A stretch of DNA of 55,163 nucleotides from an uncultured virus (IMG/VR IMGVR_UViG_3300028641_000003) (IMGVR_UViG_3300028641_000003); one strand, 5' to 3'; counted from the first letter of the stretch, positions 19,163 to 26,721 are shown. Numbers and translations: made by a program. The notes: generated by a model not told the origin, from the letters alone.

Positions 19163-19600
19163 TTACTTCTTAATCGACTTAATCAACTTAGCAAACTTCC
19201 CAGGATTTACTGTGCATGCTTTTATGCCACCGAAGTAATCGGCAACATGGAAAGCAGCTACACATATCTCTGAGCATATCCACTTACTAGGATCTTCCTT
19301 TCTGAAGGGAAGAATCATGGAAAAGAAAATAGCTTTCCAGTCATATTTCTTATCTACTTGTGTCCAACAGAAAGCTTTAATCAACAATTCTTTTTCTGGT
19401 GGAACATCAACTTCAACTATATCCCAATGCTGATGGAAGTACATCTTATATGTAAATTGTGTCTTAAAGGGAGAAGTGAGAGAAGTCCCAAATGAGGAAC
19501 CGTCAGAAAATATAAGCTCGCAATGGGAATACTTTGAGAATGTCCAGAACTGGATGAGTCTGTCAAGTATTCCCGTTCCCTTTAAGAATGCAACTTTCAT
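19163..19600 (-). CDS. Permuted papain-like amidase (YiiX/C92-like)
   Basis: YSHCEL, KKYDW and KWICSE motifs. Confidence 0.75.
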   Translation of the reverse strand: MKVAFLKGTGILDRLIQFWTFSKYSHCELIFSDGSSFGTSLTSPFKTQFTYKMYFHQHWDIVEVDVPPEKELLIKAFCWTQVDKKYDWKAIFFSMILPFRKEDPSKWICSEICVAAFHVADYFGGIKACTVNPGKFAKLIKSIKK

Positions 19601-19637
19601 AGAGCCTCCATAAGTATTTATCCTACGGAGTAAAAAA

Positions 19638-19712
19638 TGGTGCCTGCCCCCGGTAACGCTCCGGGTTTGTCCGCTCTTCAGGCGGGTGCTTTACTATTTA
19701 AGCTAGACAGGC
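19638..19712 (-). tRNA. tRNA-Phe(GAA)
   Basis: loop CT-GAA-GA, A73. Confidence 0.85.
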
Positions 19713-19715
19713 ATA

Positions 19716-19786
19716 TGCAGGATAGAGGAATCGAACCTCTGACTCCGGCTTAACTGCCGGTGTGATAACCACTTCACCAATCCCGC
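19716..19786 (-). tRNA. tRNA-like gene with 6-nt anticodon loop (undetermined)
   Basis: Good acceptor, D and T arms; CCGGC-AGTTAA-GCCGG; no CCA. Confidence 0.6.
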
Positions 19787-19977
19787 TAGGTTTTTGCAGA
19801 ACCTTAACTGACTTTCTATCATTATAGTGGCGAAGATCATCCACTTTTAAGTAGCTTGGGGTACTACTTGTGTAGCATTCCGTAGCTAACGGAGATGCCC
19901 TTTACCAACCCTCTATAATTATTGTGGCGGGGATCGTCCACAGTAAAGCAGCTTTGAGCGTCCTCATTGCCCTATCA

Positions 19978-20048
19978 AGTATCATTACGGAATCGAACCG
20001 TTCCTCCCGCGTCATAAGCGGGTATGCATCCGTTACACCAAAGATACT
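19978..20048 (-). tRNA. tRNA with ATG (His, A34) anticodon
   Basis: CCCGC-TTATGAC-GCGGG; no encoded CCA. Confidence 0.65.
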
Positions 20049-20062
20049 CTTAGCTTCAAACT

Positions 20063-20139
20063 TGGCGACTCCAGTGGGGTTTGAACCCACGACCTATTGC
20101 GTGACAAGCAATTGCTCTCCCAGGCTGAGCTATGGAGCC
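20063..20139 (-). tRNA. tRNA-Asp(GTC)
   Basis: ATTGC-TTGTCAC-GCAAT, G73. Confidence 0.9.
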
Positions 20140-20143
20140 ATAA

Positions 20144-20218
20144 TGGCGGGTCTAGGGAGACTTGCGCTCCCCTTTTCGGATCGACAATCCGATATGTCGC
20201 TATCTACATTTTAGACCC
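20144..20218 (-). tRNA. tRNA-Asp(GTC)
   Basis: TCGGA-TTGTCGA-TCCGA, G73. Confidence 0.8.
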
Positions 20219-20335
20219 AAAAGACCACACCGTTTCTGCATTGTTAAGAGGCTGGTATGGTGCTACTGAACGACCACTCATGGTTGAGCATCTTAGAGAG
20301 GCTTGAGTGGGGCGGAGCCGTTTCATGCTCCTTAT

Positions 20336-20414
20336 TGGTGGGCAAGGTGGGAATCGAACCCGACCTCAACAACTTTATCAGAGTTGCACTAGCATACCAG
20401 CTAGACTCTTGCCC
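20336..20414 (-). tRNA. tRNA-Ile(GAT)
   Basis: CAACT-CTGATAA-AGTTG; bulged T stem. Confidence 0.82.
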
Positions 20415-20627
20415 AAAAATGTACCAACTTCACGCATCGGTCCATGAGCATTCAAATAAGGTTCTTCCATTGAAGGAAATGAATGATCTTATAGGAGACA
20501 GGGTGCTACCCTGGCTGAACAGCGGCGTTAAGGATCCCCTTCCGGGTCCAAGTGGATTTATTCTCCCCTCGACATGGAGATTTTGGTGGTGGATATATTT
20601 TAAGACCGCTACCGCCACACGGTCTGC

Positions 20628-20702
20628 TGGCACCCCAGGAAGGACTCGCACCTTTCATCTTCGGTTTCGTAGACCGACGTTCTTCTGTTATACTACCGGG
20701 GT
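20628..20702 (-). tRNA. tRNA-Arg(ACG)
   Basis: TCGGT-CTACGAA-ACCGA. Confidence 0.87.
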
Positions 20703-20709
20703 ATGAGAA

Positions 20710-20780
20710 TGGCAGGCAATCGTGGTGCTTACCCACGCTGATCTTCGTTCGAAGCGATGATTGCTCTCGGAGCATTGCCC
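20710..20780 (-). tRNA. Atypical compact tRNA-Arg(TCG)
   Basis: GGGCAAT/ATTGCCT-GCCA, loop CT-TCG-AA. Confidence 0.6.
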
Positions 20781-20791
20781 ATGAAAAAGAT

Positions 20792-20929
20792 TGTAGCAAG
20801 ACGGCTACATAAGCCGCATTCATCATCAAGATAACTACCCGTCCTGGGAACTTAATCGTGGGACTTCAACCCCCGTAGTTAGGCTCTTTATTTCCCCTTG
20901 ATGTGTCTTTATGTTTAGACGATTGCTAC
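20792..20929 (-). ncRNA. tRNA-like RNA with large anticodon-arm insertion
   Basis: GTAGCAA/TTGCTAC, D stem GTCT/AGAC, CATCAAG/CTTGATG. Confidence 0.5.
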
Positions 20930-20930
20930 T

Positions 20931-21118
20931 TGGTGGGGGAGGTTGGATTCGAACCAACATGCCTCATCGGAACTTATCAGTTAAGTCCCACGCCTTACGC
21001 TCGTTGGGTAATTACTCCGTATGAGCATCGTGGGTTGAATTCTCTATTGTGAGTAACGTTATCTCTCACAGAAAATTCGTTTGTTCAACGAGTCGCTTTG
21101 CCATTAGCGTACTCCCCC
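20931..21118 (-). ncRNA. 188-nt Tyr-like tRNA scaffold with ~100-nt insertion
   Basis: GGGGGAG/CTCCCCC-ACCA, normal D and T arms. Confidence 0.65.
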
Positions 21119-21169
21119 AAAAGATGAAGGTTGCTTGCGTTAGTGGAAGCGAGCCTACAAACCTACGCA

Positions 21170-21243
21170 TGGTGGGCAATAAGGGAATCAAACCCCTGTA
21201 TTCTGAACGTCAATCAGATGTTCTATCATTGAACTAATCGCCC
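21170..21243 (-). tRNA. tRNA-Val(GAC)
   Basis: TCTGA-TTGACGT-TCAGA. Confidence 0.87.
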
Positions 21244-21246
21244 ATA

Positions 21247-21280
21247 AATCAAACTACGCTATAGAGTTGTTAAACGAAGC
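21247..21280 (-). promoter_or_regulatory. boxA-like + AGCGTAGTTTG motif preceding tRNA runs (copies at 22698, 29242, 30145, 30638)
   Basis: YTTYACAA-like N7-9 AGCGTAGTTTG repeated five times, each just 5' of a tRNA. Confidence 0.65.
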
Positions 21281-21372
21281 ATTCGCTTCGTGGCTCTACT
21301 ATAAGAGGTCTTCTGTGTAATACAATAGGAGCGACACACATACATCAGGAGTGTATCACACAGAAGCTTTGC

Positions 21373-21461
21373 TGGCGGAATCACACTGAATCGAACAGTC
21401 CAGACCTTCAAGCCTGGGGACGGCTTTCGAAACCGATTGAACACCTTGTTCCCGTGACTCC
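21373..21461 (-). tRNA. 8/4 allo-type tRNA-Ser(CGA)
   Basis: 8-bp acceptor GGAGTCAC/GTGATTCC, 4-bp T stem, long arm, G73. Confidence 0.78.
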
Positions 21462-21468
21462 AAAACTT

Positions 21469-21561
21469 TGGCGGATAGAGAGGGATTCGAACCCCCGGTG
21501 CCCGTTAAAAGGCACTTCGGTTTTCAAAACCGACGCAATCGACCTACTCTGCCATCTATCC
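21469..21561 (-). tRNA. tRNA-Ser(TGA)
   Basis: TCGGT-TTTGAAA-ACCGA, G73. Confidence 0.9.
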
Positions 21562-21565
21562 ATGC

Positions 21566-21952
21566 CTACATCCATAATCTACCTAATCTTTTTTCAAATA
21601 GCTTTTGAGCCTTTAAAAACATCTTTGCGTCCTCCGCACATAAAGATGGATATACTTGAGGTTTCTCTTTACTAGGAAGACGAGTAACAGTGGAGAAGCC
21701 ATCTATCATTGCCTTCAAGTCCCTGACAAGTTTCTTGTCTTGCTTATCATCTGGATGCATCTTATGAAGATACATCTTGAGACGAGGAACTATCCAGCTA
21801 CAAAAGGCAACATCCAAGTTTATTATTTCTTCGGCTCGGATTGCTTTGTTGCTCACGATATCATCAGCGAGTTTGAGAAGGCTCTCATTTTTTTCTCTGA
21901 GCTTCTCGTTTTCTTCTTCGAGTTGCTTGATGTATATCTTTTCCTGTGTCAT
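21566..21952 (-). CDS. Hypothetical protein
   Basis: 128 aa; NLD..F..WI.PRL motif; own sigma70-like promoter. Confidence 0.65.
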   Translation of the reverse strand: MTQEKIYIKQLEEENEKLREKNESLLKLADDIVSNKAIRAEEIINLDVAFCSWIVPRLKMYLHKMHPDDKQDKKLVRDLKAMIDGFSTVTRLPSKEKPQVYPSLCAEDAKMFLKAQKLFEKRLGRLWM

Positions 21953-21986
21953 ACACCTATTATAACTATGGTATATGATATATCAA

Positions 21987-22076
21987 TGGTGGAGTAAGGA
22001 GTAATCGAAACTCTGCCCCCTTGCGGCGACCTTTCGCTTTCCAGGCGAACGCATCTCCCCGATGCTTCTCTACTCC
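21987..22076 (-). tRNA. 8/4-type tRNA-Ser(GGA)
   Basis: Bulged 8-bp acceptor, 4-bp T stem, TTCGC-CTGGAAA-GCGAA, A73. Confidence 0.72.
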
Positions 22077-22082
22077 ATGAAA

Positions 22083-22364
22083 TTAACCGCCAAGTATCTT
22101 ATCAAAATCAAACTTATCTTTGATAAACTTATGAAAAAACTGACCTTTACTTGGTGAAAATTTAAATTTATCTTTTAAGAATCTTGATATGTTGTTATAA
22201 GCATATACTACAGAAGGGTCGCCTTCAAACCTAATATACAATATTTTTTTCTTACGTGAATATCCAGATTGGATAATAGCAGTCGAATCAACATTTGTTG
22301 GTGTTAAATTGGCTTCTTCAAGTTTCTTCCAAGTTTCTTGGAGATGTTTATGAATATTATCCAT
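22083..22364 (-). CDS. KTSC-domain protein
   Basis: VDSTAI...GY...LYIRF...YAY.....SPSKGQFFHKFIK; start re-called after TATAAATA. Confidence 0.8.
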   Translation of the reverse strand: MDNIHKHLQETWKKLEEANLTPTNVDSTAIIQSGYSRKKKILYIRFEGDPSVVYAYNNISRFLKDKFKFSPSKGQFFHKFIKDKFDFDKILGG

Positions 22365-22383
22365 GTATTCATATTTATAAAAT

Positions 22384-22457
22384 TGGTGCTGCTCCAAGGA
22401 ATCGAACCTTGTTTCCCTACATACCAAGCAGGTGTAATACCAGTATACTAGAGCAGC
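22384..22457 (-). tRNA. tRNA-Thr(GGT)
   Basis: CCTGC-TTGGTAT-GTAGG. Confidence 0.87.
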
Positions 22458-22462
22458 ATAAG

Positions 22463-22602
22463 ACCAGAGAAGAGATTGGGAGCAACAGTGTTTTTGCCGC
22501 TCTGCCGTTGAGCTACCTCACCGTTTGTGGTGAGGGTAGGATTCGAACCTACATCCTGCTCCTTATAATGGAAGTAACCGTCACAATGACTACTTCTCTG
22601 GT
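22463..22602 (-). ncRNA. YrlA-like Y RNA (permuted T arm - closed acceptor - D arm on a long stem)
   Basis: GTAGG-TTCGAAT-CCTAC, CCTCACC-acaaac-GGTGAGG, TAGCTCAACGGCAGAGC inside CCAGAGAAG/CTTCTCTGG. Confidence 0.7.
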
Positions 22603-22604
22603 TT

Positions 22605-22695
22605 TGGTGGAAGGTGGGAGAATCGAACTCCATTCCCATTAAAGGGAACAATTTCTTTAGCAAAGAATTCCAGTACCACACTGGTTCTACCTTCC
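22605..22695 (-). tRNA. 8/4-type tRNA-Ser(GCT) with Sec-like D arm
   Basis: GGAAGGT(A)G/CACCTTCC, 6-bp D stem, 4-bp T stem, loop TT-GCT-AA. Confidence 0.72.
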
Positions 22696-22722
22696 ATAAT
22701 CAAACTACGCTTATAATGTTGT

Positions 22723-22759
22723 AAAAAGAAAAACCCCGACTTTTTGAGTCAGGGTTTTC
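22723..22759 (-). terminator. Attenuator terminator of tRNA block 2
   Basis: AAAACCCTGACT-CAAAA-AGTCGGGGTTTT-TCTTTTT. Confidence 0.85.
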
Positions 22760-22787
22760 AGAGGGTGCCTATTTTTAGGTCTTTCTC

Positions 22788-22892
22788 TTACTTACCTGAC
22801 TCCTGAGTAATAAAATCAGAGAGACGGCGACTCGACAACCATGATGGTTGGAGTTGCTGGACTGGCTGATGGGTGGGTAGGAGGTTAATCAT
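22788..22892 (-). CDS. Leader peptide 2 MINLLPTHQPVQQLQPSWLSSRRLSDFITQESGK
   Basis: Lies between late promoter (22906-22913) and terminator; its GAGTCAGG is complementary to the terminator 5' arm. Confidence 0.75.
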   Translation of the reverse strand: MINLLPTHQPVQQLQPSWLSSRRLSDFITQESGK

Positions 22893-22994
22893 AATGTTCT
22901 ATCTTTATTTATATGCGTATTCTAACATGTCCTGAGAAAAATACAATAAGTATTTTTACCATTGCGTAGTTTGTAATGTTTATAAGGACTTACA

Positions 22995-23270
22995 TCAACT
23001 TTCCGAAAGGTCATCTTGAACTTCTTTACGAATAACTTCTTCGAGAAGACCATGCTCATCCTTCCACTTGGAAGCACAGCCAGGAATCTTATGCCCGTGG
23101 CATAACCCGCAGTCAGTACGACCACAGTCACAGGGATGCTTGACGGCAAGCCTATTTTTTTCATTTTCAAAATACTTAACTCGTTTCTTATCCGTTTCCT
23201 TCAAAAACTTTAAACGGTTGTCTGCAACTCGTTTCGTCTGTGATCTGCGCCATACTCGACTGCGTTTCAT
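22995..23270 (-). CDS. Small basic Cys-rich protein
   Basis: AAGGAG RBS; HPCDCG..CGLC motif. Confidence 0.7.
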   Translation of the reverse strand: MKRSRVWRRSQTKRVADNRLKFLKETDKKRVKYFENEKNRLAVKHPCDCGRTDCGLCHGHKIPGCASKWKDEHGLLEEVIRKEVQDDLSES

Positions 23271-23294
23271 GTAATTCTCCTTGTTAATAAAGCT

Positions 23295-23369
23295 TGGTGC
23301 TACTTGAGAGATTTGAACTCCCGACCTTCTGTTTACAAAACAGATACACTACCACTGTGTTAAAGTAGC
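23295..23369 (-). tRNA. tRNA-Thr(TGT)
   Basis: TCTGT-TTTGTAA-ACAGA. Confidence 0.9.
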
Positions 23370-23373
23370 ATAA

Positions 23374-23448
23374 TGGTGCCCCCACCACGACTCTCACATG
23401 GCTTTCCGGAGTACAAAACCGGTGTGTCGATATCTACACTTTAGGGGC
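23374..23448 (-). tRNA. tRNA-Thr(TGT)
   Basis: loop TT-TGT-AC; atypical T loop. Confidence 0.78.
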
Positions 23449-23480
23449 ATATGCCTCCCACTGAAGGGAGGTCTTGTAAT

Positions 23481-23810
23481 TTACTTCAAAAGCGACAGCT
23501 TACCGAAAATAGCTTTGGACACTTCGTTGTCGATGGGTTCAAAAGCAGTTGCGGTTTCTGCGTTAGACATATCGGGTTCTATGAAGGTGGTGTATGATAA
23601 CTCCATTCTGTCATAGAGTGCCTTTATGCTTGCAATTTCGTTATCCGTTGCGGAGAGAAGAATCATTGTCTTGTGGTTGTTCACCCAATCAATGACTTTG
23701 GGCTTCTGTCCGTGTTGTGCCATAAACTCGGCAGCCGCGTGGCTACTCTGTACAGCACAATGAGTTAACGGAAGTATATCTCGTCTGATGAGGATGAACA
23801 TCTTAAGCAT
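23481..23810 (-). CDS. Peptidyl-tRNA hydrolase, Pth2-like
   Basis: KMFILIRRD...AVQSSHAA..W...K..ILL...F.EPD....TA.AFEP...KLSLL; GGAGG RBS. Confidence 0.8.
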   Translation of the reverse strand: MLKMFILIRRDILPLTHCAVQSSHAAAEFMAQHGQKPKVIDWVNNHKTMILLSATDNEIASIKALYDRMELSYTTFIEPDMSNAETATAFEPIDNEVSKAIFGKLSLLK

Positions 23811-23814
23811 TTTG

Positions 23815-24201
23815 CTATATACCTCCGGTGCCACAGGCACACTCGGGTATGAGAGCATCTTGTTTCTCCTTGACGTAATCTTCCATTCTCTTACGAATGA
23901 TTTCAGAAGACTGAACATATTCTTTTTCTCTCTCTTCGTTTAAGTGGCACTTACCACGAACCTGTCCATACGCTATATGCATACAAGTAGTCCGGTACTT
24001 ATCGTTGCGGATTGCGTTCTCTGCACACCACCAGTATTTTTCACCTGATGTATCGTAGGGGTAGGCATTGCCTGGAAGTCCAGTTGATGCACTACGCTGG
24101 TTGCGGCGTAAAGCCTGTTTGTTGTGAGCAAGTCTCTCAGCGAGAGTCTTGATTTCGCTGCGGAAAAATTCCATTGCGAGTTTATGTTGGGTTATATCCA
24201 T
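23815..24201 (-). CDS. Hypothetical protein co-transcribed with Pth2
   Basis: 128 aa; R..HIAYG..RG-type motif. Confidence 0.7.
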   Translation of the reverse strand: MDITQHKLAMEFFRSEIKTLAERLAHNKQALRRNQRSASTGLPGNAYPYDTSGEKYWWCAENAIRNDKYRTTCMHIAYGQVRGKCHLNEEREKEYVQSSEIIRKRMEDYVKEKQDALIPECACGTGGI

Positions 24202-24253
24202 GATTTTATTCCTTAAGGTTGATTGTTGAGTTTACGAACTACAGACAATCAGC

Positions 24254-24301
24254 TTATGGAGGACCACGAATCAGCTACCCATACTCTTTGTTCTAACGCA
24301 T
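24254..24301 (-). promoter_or_regulatory. Leader ORF MR*NKEYG*LIRGPP* with two in-frame UAGs
   Basis: AAGAAAGGA RBS; final TAA lies in the 5' arm of a hairpin reaching the next RBS. Confidence 0.65.
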
Positions 24302-24333
24302 AGCTATCCTTTCTTGTTGAGGTTAATACGACA

Positions 24334-24409
24334 TGGTGCTTCCGGTGGGATTTTAACCCACAACCAAGCGGTTTAGAATCGCTTGCTCTTTCATTTGAGC
24401 TACGGAGGC
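24334..24409 (-). tRNA. Amber suppressor tRNA (CTA)
   Basis: AGCG(A)-TTCTAAA-(C)CGCT, intact cloverleaf, ACCA. Confidence 0.8.
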
Positions 24410-24414
24410 ATGAA

Positions 24415-24489
24415 TGGTGCCCATCTCTGGTAACGCTCCAGATTCTCTACGATACGAATGTAGTGCATCGCTTTTAATGCTTGATGGGC
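24415..24489 (-). tRNA. tRNA-Thr(CGT)
   Basis: loop TT-CGT-AT. Confidence 0.8.
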
Positions 24490-24493
24490 AAAA

Positions 24494-24568
24494 TGGTCGT
24501 GGTGGTGGGAATCGAACCCACTAGGAGCGGCTTATGAAACCGCCGTCCATCCATTGAACTTCACCACG
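24494..24568 (-). tRNA. tRNA-Met/Ile2(CAT)
   Basis: GCGGT-TTCATAA-GCCGC. Confidence 0.82.
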
Positions 24569-24571
24569 AGA

Positions 24572-24835
24572 CGGGGTATGTTATTTCTTACATCTGCATA
24601 CACCCCATGATATGCGGACTTCGATGTTACCTATAATAGATCCCTGACTTTGGCTTAGGGGGAGTAACATTTCCTCTAAGCCCACTGGCTTTTTGATAGG
24701 GTCAACCAGATGGGTAATAATTAGTAGGACAGTCACATGGCATGAGTAATGGGCAACCTAACTTGCCACCATGAATTACACTGAACTCTTTTTACGGGAA
24801 AGATAACCCATCATGTAAGTGTTACATCAACCCTA
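24572..24835 (-). ncRNA. Unassigned ~260-nt structured RNA
   Basis: Ends pair (CTTACAT/ATGTAAG, GGG/CCC); internal GGCTTAG/CTAAGCC. Confidence 0.4.
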
Positions 24836-24854
24836 CATTTGCCTTGCGGCTATA

Positions 24855-24929
24855 TGGCACCCAAACTAGGACTTGCACCTAGAAGAATTCTTTAGGAAAG
24901 AATCAGTTTTCTATTTAGCTTATTCGGGC
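24855..24929 (-). tRNA. tRNA-Arg(CCT)
   Basis: ATTCT-TTCCTAA-AGAAT. Confidence 0.82.
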
Positions 24930-25237
24930 ATGATGAGGAAGCTTCGGGTGTATTCTATAGAATAGAAAACTTGTCCGAAGCGTCTATGCGGTTAGAAGAG
25001 TCCTCTTTCTCTACTAACTGTTCGCGATCCTAAACTCGTATCTCGGTCGTTACTCTCGGAGCCGCATATAAAGTGTCATTTAGGACACGAGTCCACTTTA
25101 CAGGAAGTTCCGTGAGTTGTTCATAGGAACTTCAGCTAATAACCCGTTTCAGTATGACCACATGGTGGTTCAAACCATATTTCTATGGCTACTTAACGAG
25201 CCAACCATATCAACTCATTCCGGTTGGGTTTGAGAAA

Positions 25238-25300
25238 GAGCCGAGATTAATCGCAACGGTGTGTTTTTCCAAAGAAGTAACCGTTACATGACTGCGGTTC
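25238..25300 (-). ncRNA. Minimal Y-like RNA (same stem family as 22463-22602)
   Basis: GCAGTCA.GTAACGGTTACTTC...AAACAC.CCGTTGC...AATCTC. Confidence 0.6.
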
Positions 25301-25454
25301 AGGTGGTAATAGTATTCACTACAAGATTCGTTGGGCATTCCTATGCCTATCTTAGAACCTTCCACTCTCTCTGTGGCAATACTATTGGTAAGATGACAGG
25401 AGCTTCATATACTCTACTGTCTTTAAAAGTGTCTGTCCGACACTTATATGAAGG

Positions 25455-25540
25455 TGGAATCGCACGGGGGAGTCGAACCCCGGACCTTAACAGTTTTGCA
25501 GACTGCTCCCAGAAACCCTCTGAGATGAAGGGCATGCGAT
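25455..25540 (-). tRNA. 8/4-type tRNA-Cys(GCA), selC*-like
   Basis: ATCGCATG/CGTGCGAT, U73, 4-bp T stem, 6-bp D stem. Confidence 0.75.
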
Positions 25541-25838
25541 TATGCTGTGATACTTTCAAGAAAGCTATATCCTTGCCCACCAACACTGTTGGCTACTCAG
25601 ACCTCTCTTGTTGCTTGTCACCCCTTAGTATCATAGAGGCTCGCTTAACGTTTGGGACCGTTTTCCAGATGAAAGACTGGTATGTACTTGCAGCGATTTC
25701 GCAATCCTTTGCGGTTTCACTTGCTCCAGATAAAGACCGCCTTTCACCTTCTAGTGGCGCGGCAATAATCTTCAAGTATTGCAAGAATCCCCTTCAATCC
25801 TTGTACAGTCACAAGTAGTCCTTTTTCAAGGGACGAGT

Positions 25839-25914
25839 TGGTGCAGGTTGTCGGAATCGAACCGACGCCTTCTGATTGGAAGTCAGGCATGCTACCACTG
25901 GACACCAAACCTGC
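25839..25914 (-). tRNA. tRNA-Gly(TCC)
   Basis: loop CT-TCC-AA. Confidence 0.87.
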
Positions 25915-25919
25915 ATAAA

Positions 25920-26031
25920 TGGTGCGCCGGGATGGAATTTAACCACCTTCCCCCTTAACTTACAGGCAACTCGCTACGCGCAGCTTGCTGCTAGTTTTTT
26001 GTAAGGCGCTCTAACGATGAGCTACCAACGC
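25920..26031 (-). ncRNA. tRNA scaffold with ~40-nt anticodon-arm insertion
   Basis: GCGTTGG/CCGGCGC-ACCA, GCTC/GAGC D stem. Confidence 0.55.
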
Positions 26032-26036
26032 ATATT

Positions 26037-26210
26037 TTTCTGTGTGTCTTCCATCCTTTTCTTTTAAGTGTTCTGACCAAACTTCGTCTCACACACCTTC
26101 CTGTTTCAAGGCACTCAATGACATAAGTATAGCCAAGTTAAGAGGAATGGACTTAGGGTTACGGATTGTCATATCTCAAACCAGAAGTAATGGGACATTC
26201 GTCACAGAAA
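26037..26210 (-). ncRNA. Y-like RNA with GNCGAANG motif
   Basis: TTTCTGTG-ACGAATG...TTACTTC...CACAGAAA. Confidence 0.45.
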
Positions 26211-26212
26211 AT

Positions 26213-26287
26213 TGGAGCAGTGTAAGGGAATTGAACCCTTGTATCCAGCTTGGAAGGCTGGCACATAAGCCTCTCTGTCAACACTGC
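26213..26287 (-). tRNA. tRNA-Gly(TCC)
   Basis: CCAGC-CTTCCAA-GCTGG, U73. Confidence 0.88.
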
Positions 26288-26494
26288 ATAGGATCTACTA
26301 TACGCGAGCTAGTAGATGTTTTATTTCTTTCTTTGAATACCACTCATCGTCCCTCGCATCGTAATGGGTGATATGAAATTTAGGCTACTTGGGAATCTTG
26401 TTCGCAAAGGAACCACCCGATGCTACTAGAGACTCCTGTTCACACAGGGTACTTACTCGCCGCAACTGGTTAGGAATTAGCTTTCAATACCGTT

Positions 26495-26614
26495 TGGCTG
26501 GAAAGAAGGGATTCGAACCCCTGACCTAGTGATTATGGTGATGAGCGTAAGAGTTGAACTTACTGATTCCTTTGCCCATTACAGTCACTTGCACTACCGC
26601 TGTGCTACTTTCCA
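26495..26614 (-). tRNA. tRNA-Asn(GTT) with 45-nt minihelix insert (26536-26580)
   Basis: Removal gives AGTGA-CTGTTAA-TCACT; G73. Confidence 0.83.
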
Positions 26615-26620
26615 ATGATT

Positions 26621-26718
26621 TGGCGTTCCCGGTAGGATTTGAACCTACGACCATTGGATTATGGCAGTGATTTGTTAATCACCGAAATCCAAAGCTCTTC
26701 CAACTGAGCTACGAGAAC
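26621..26718 (-). tRNA. tRNA-Arg(TCT) with 22-nt microhelix insert (26662-26683)
   Basis: Removal gives TTGGA-TTTCTAA-TCCAA; A20 present. Confidence 0.83.
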
Positions 26719-26721
26719 ATG

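Noticed and set aside
24930..25235. Hammerhead ribozyme
   Set aside because: GAAAC and CTGA are present, but I could not assemble a CUGANGA core with three stems
17944..26683. Group I/II or bulge-helix-bulge introns
   Set aside because: Inserts are 22-46 nt, have no catalytic core or BHB geometry, and sit inside the anticodon
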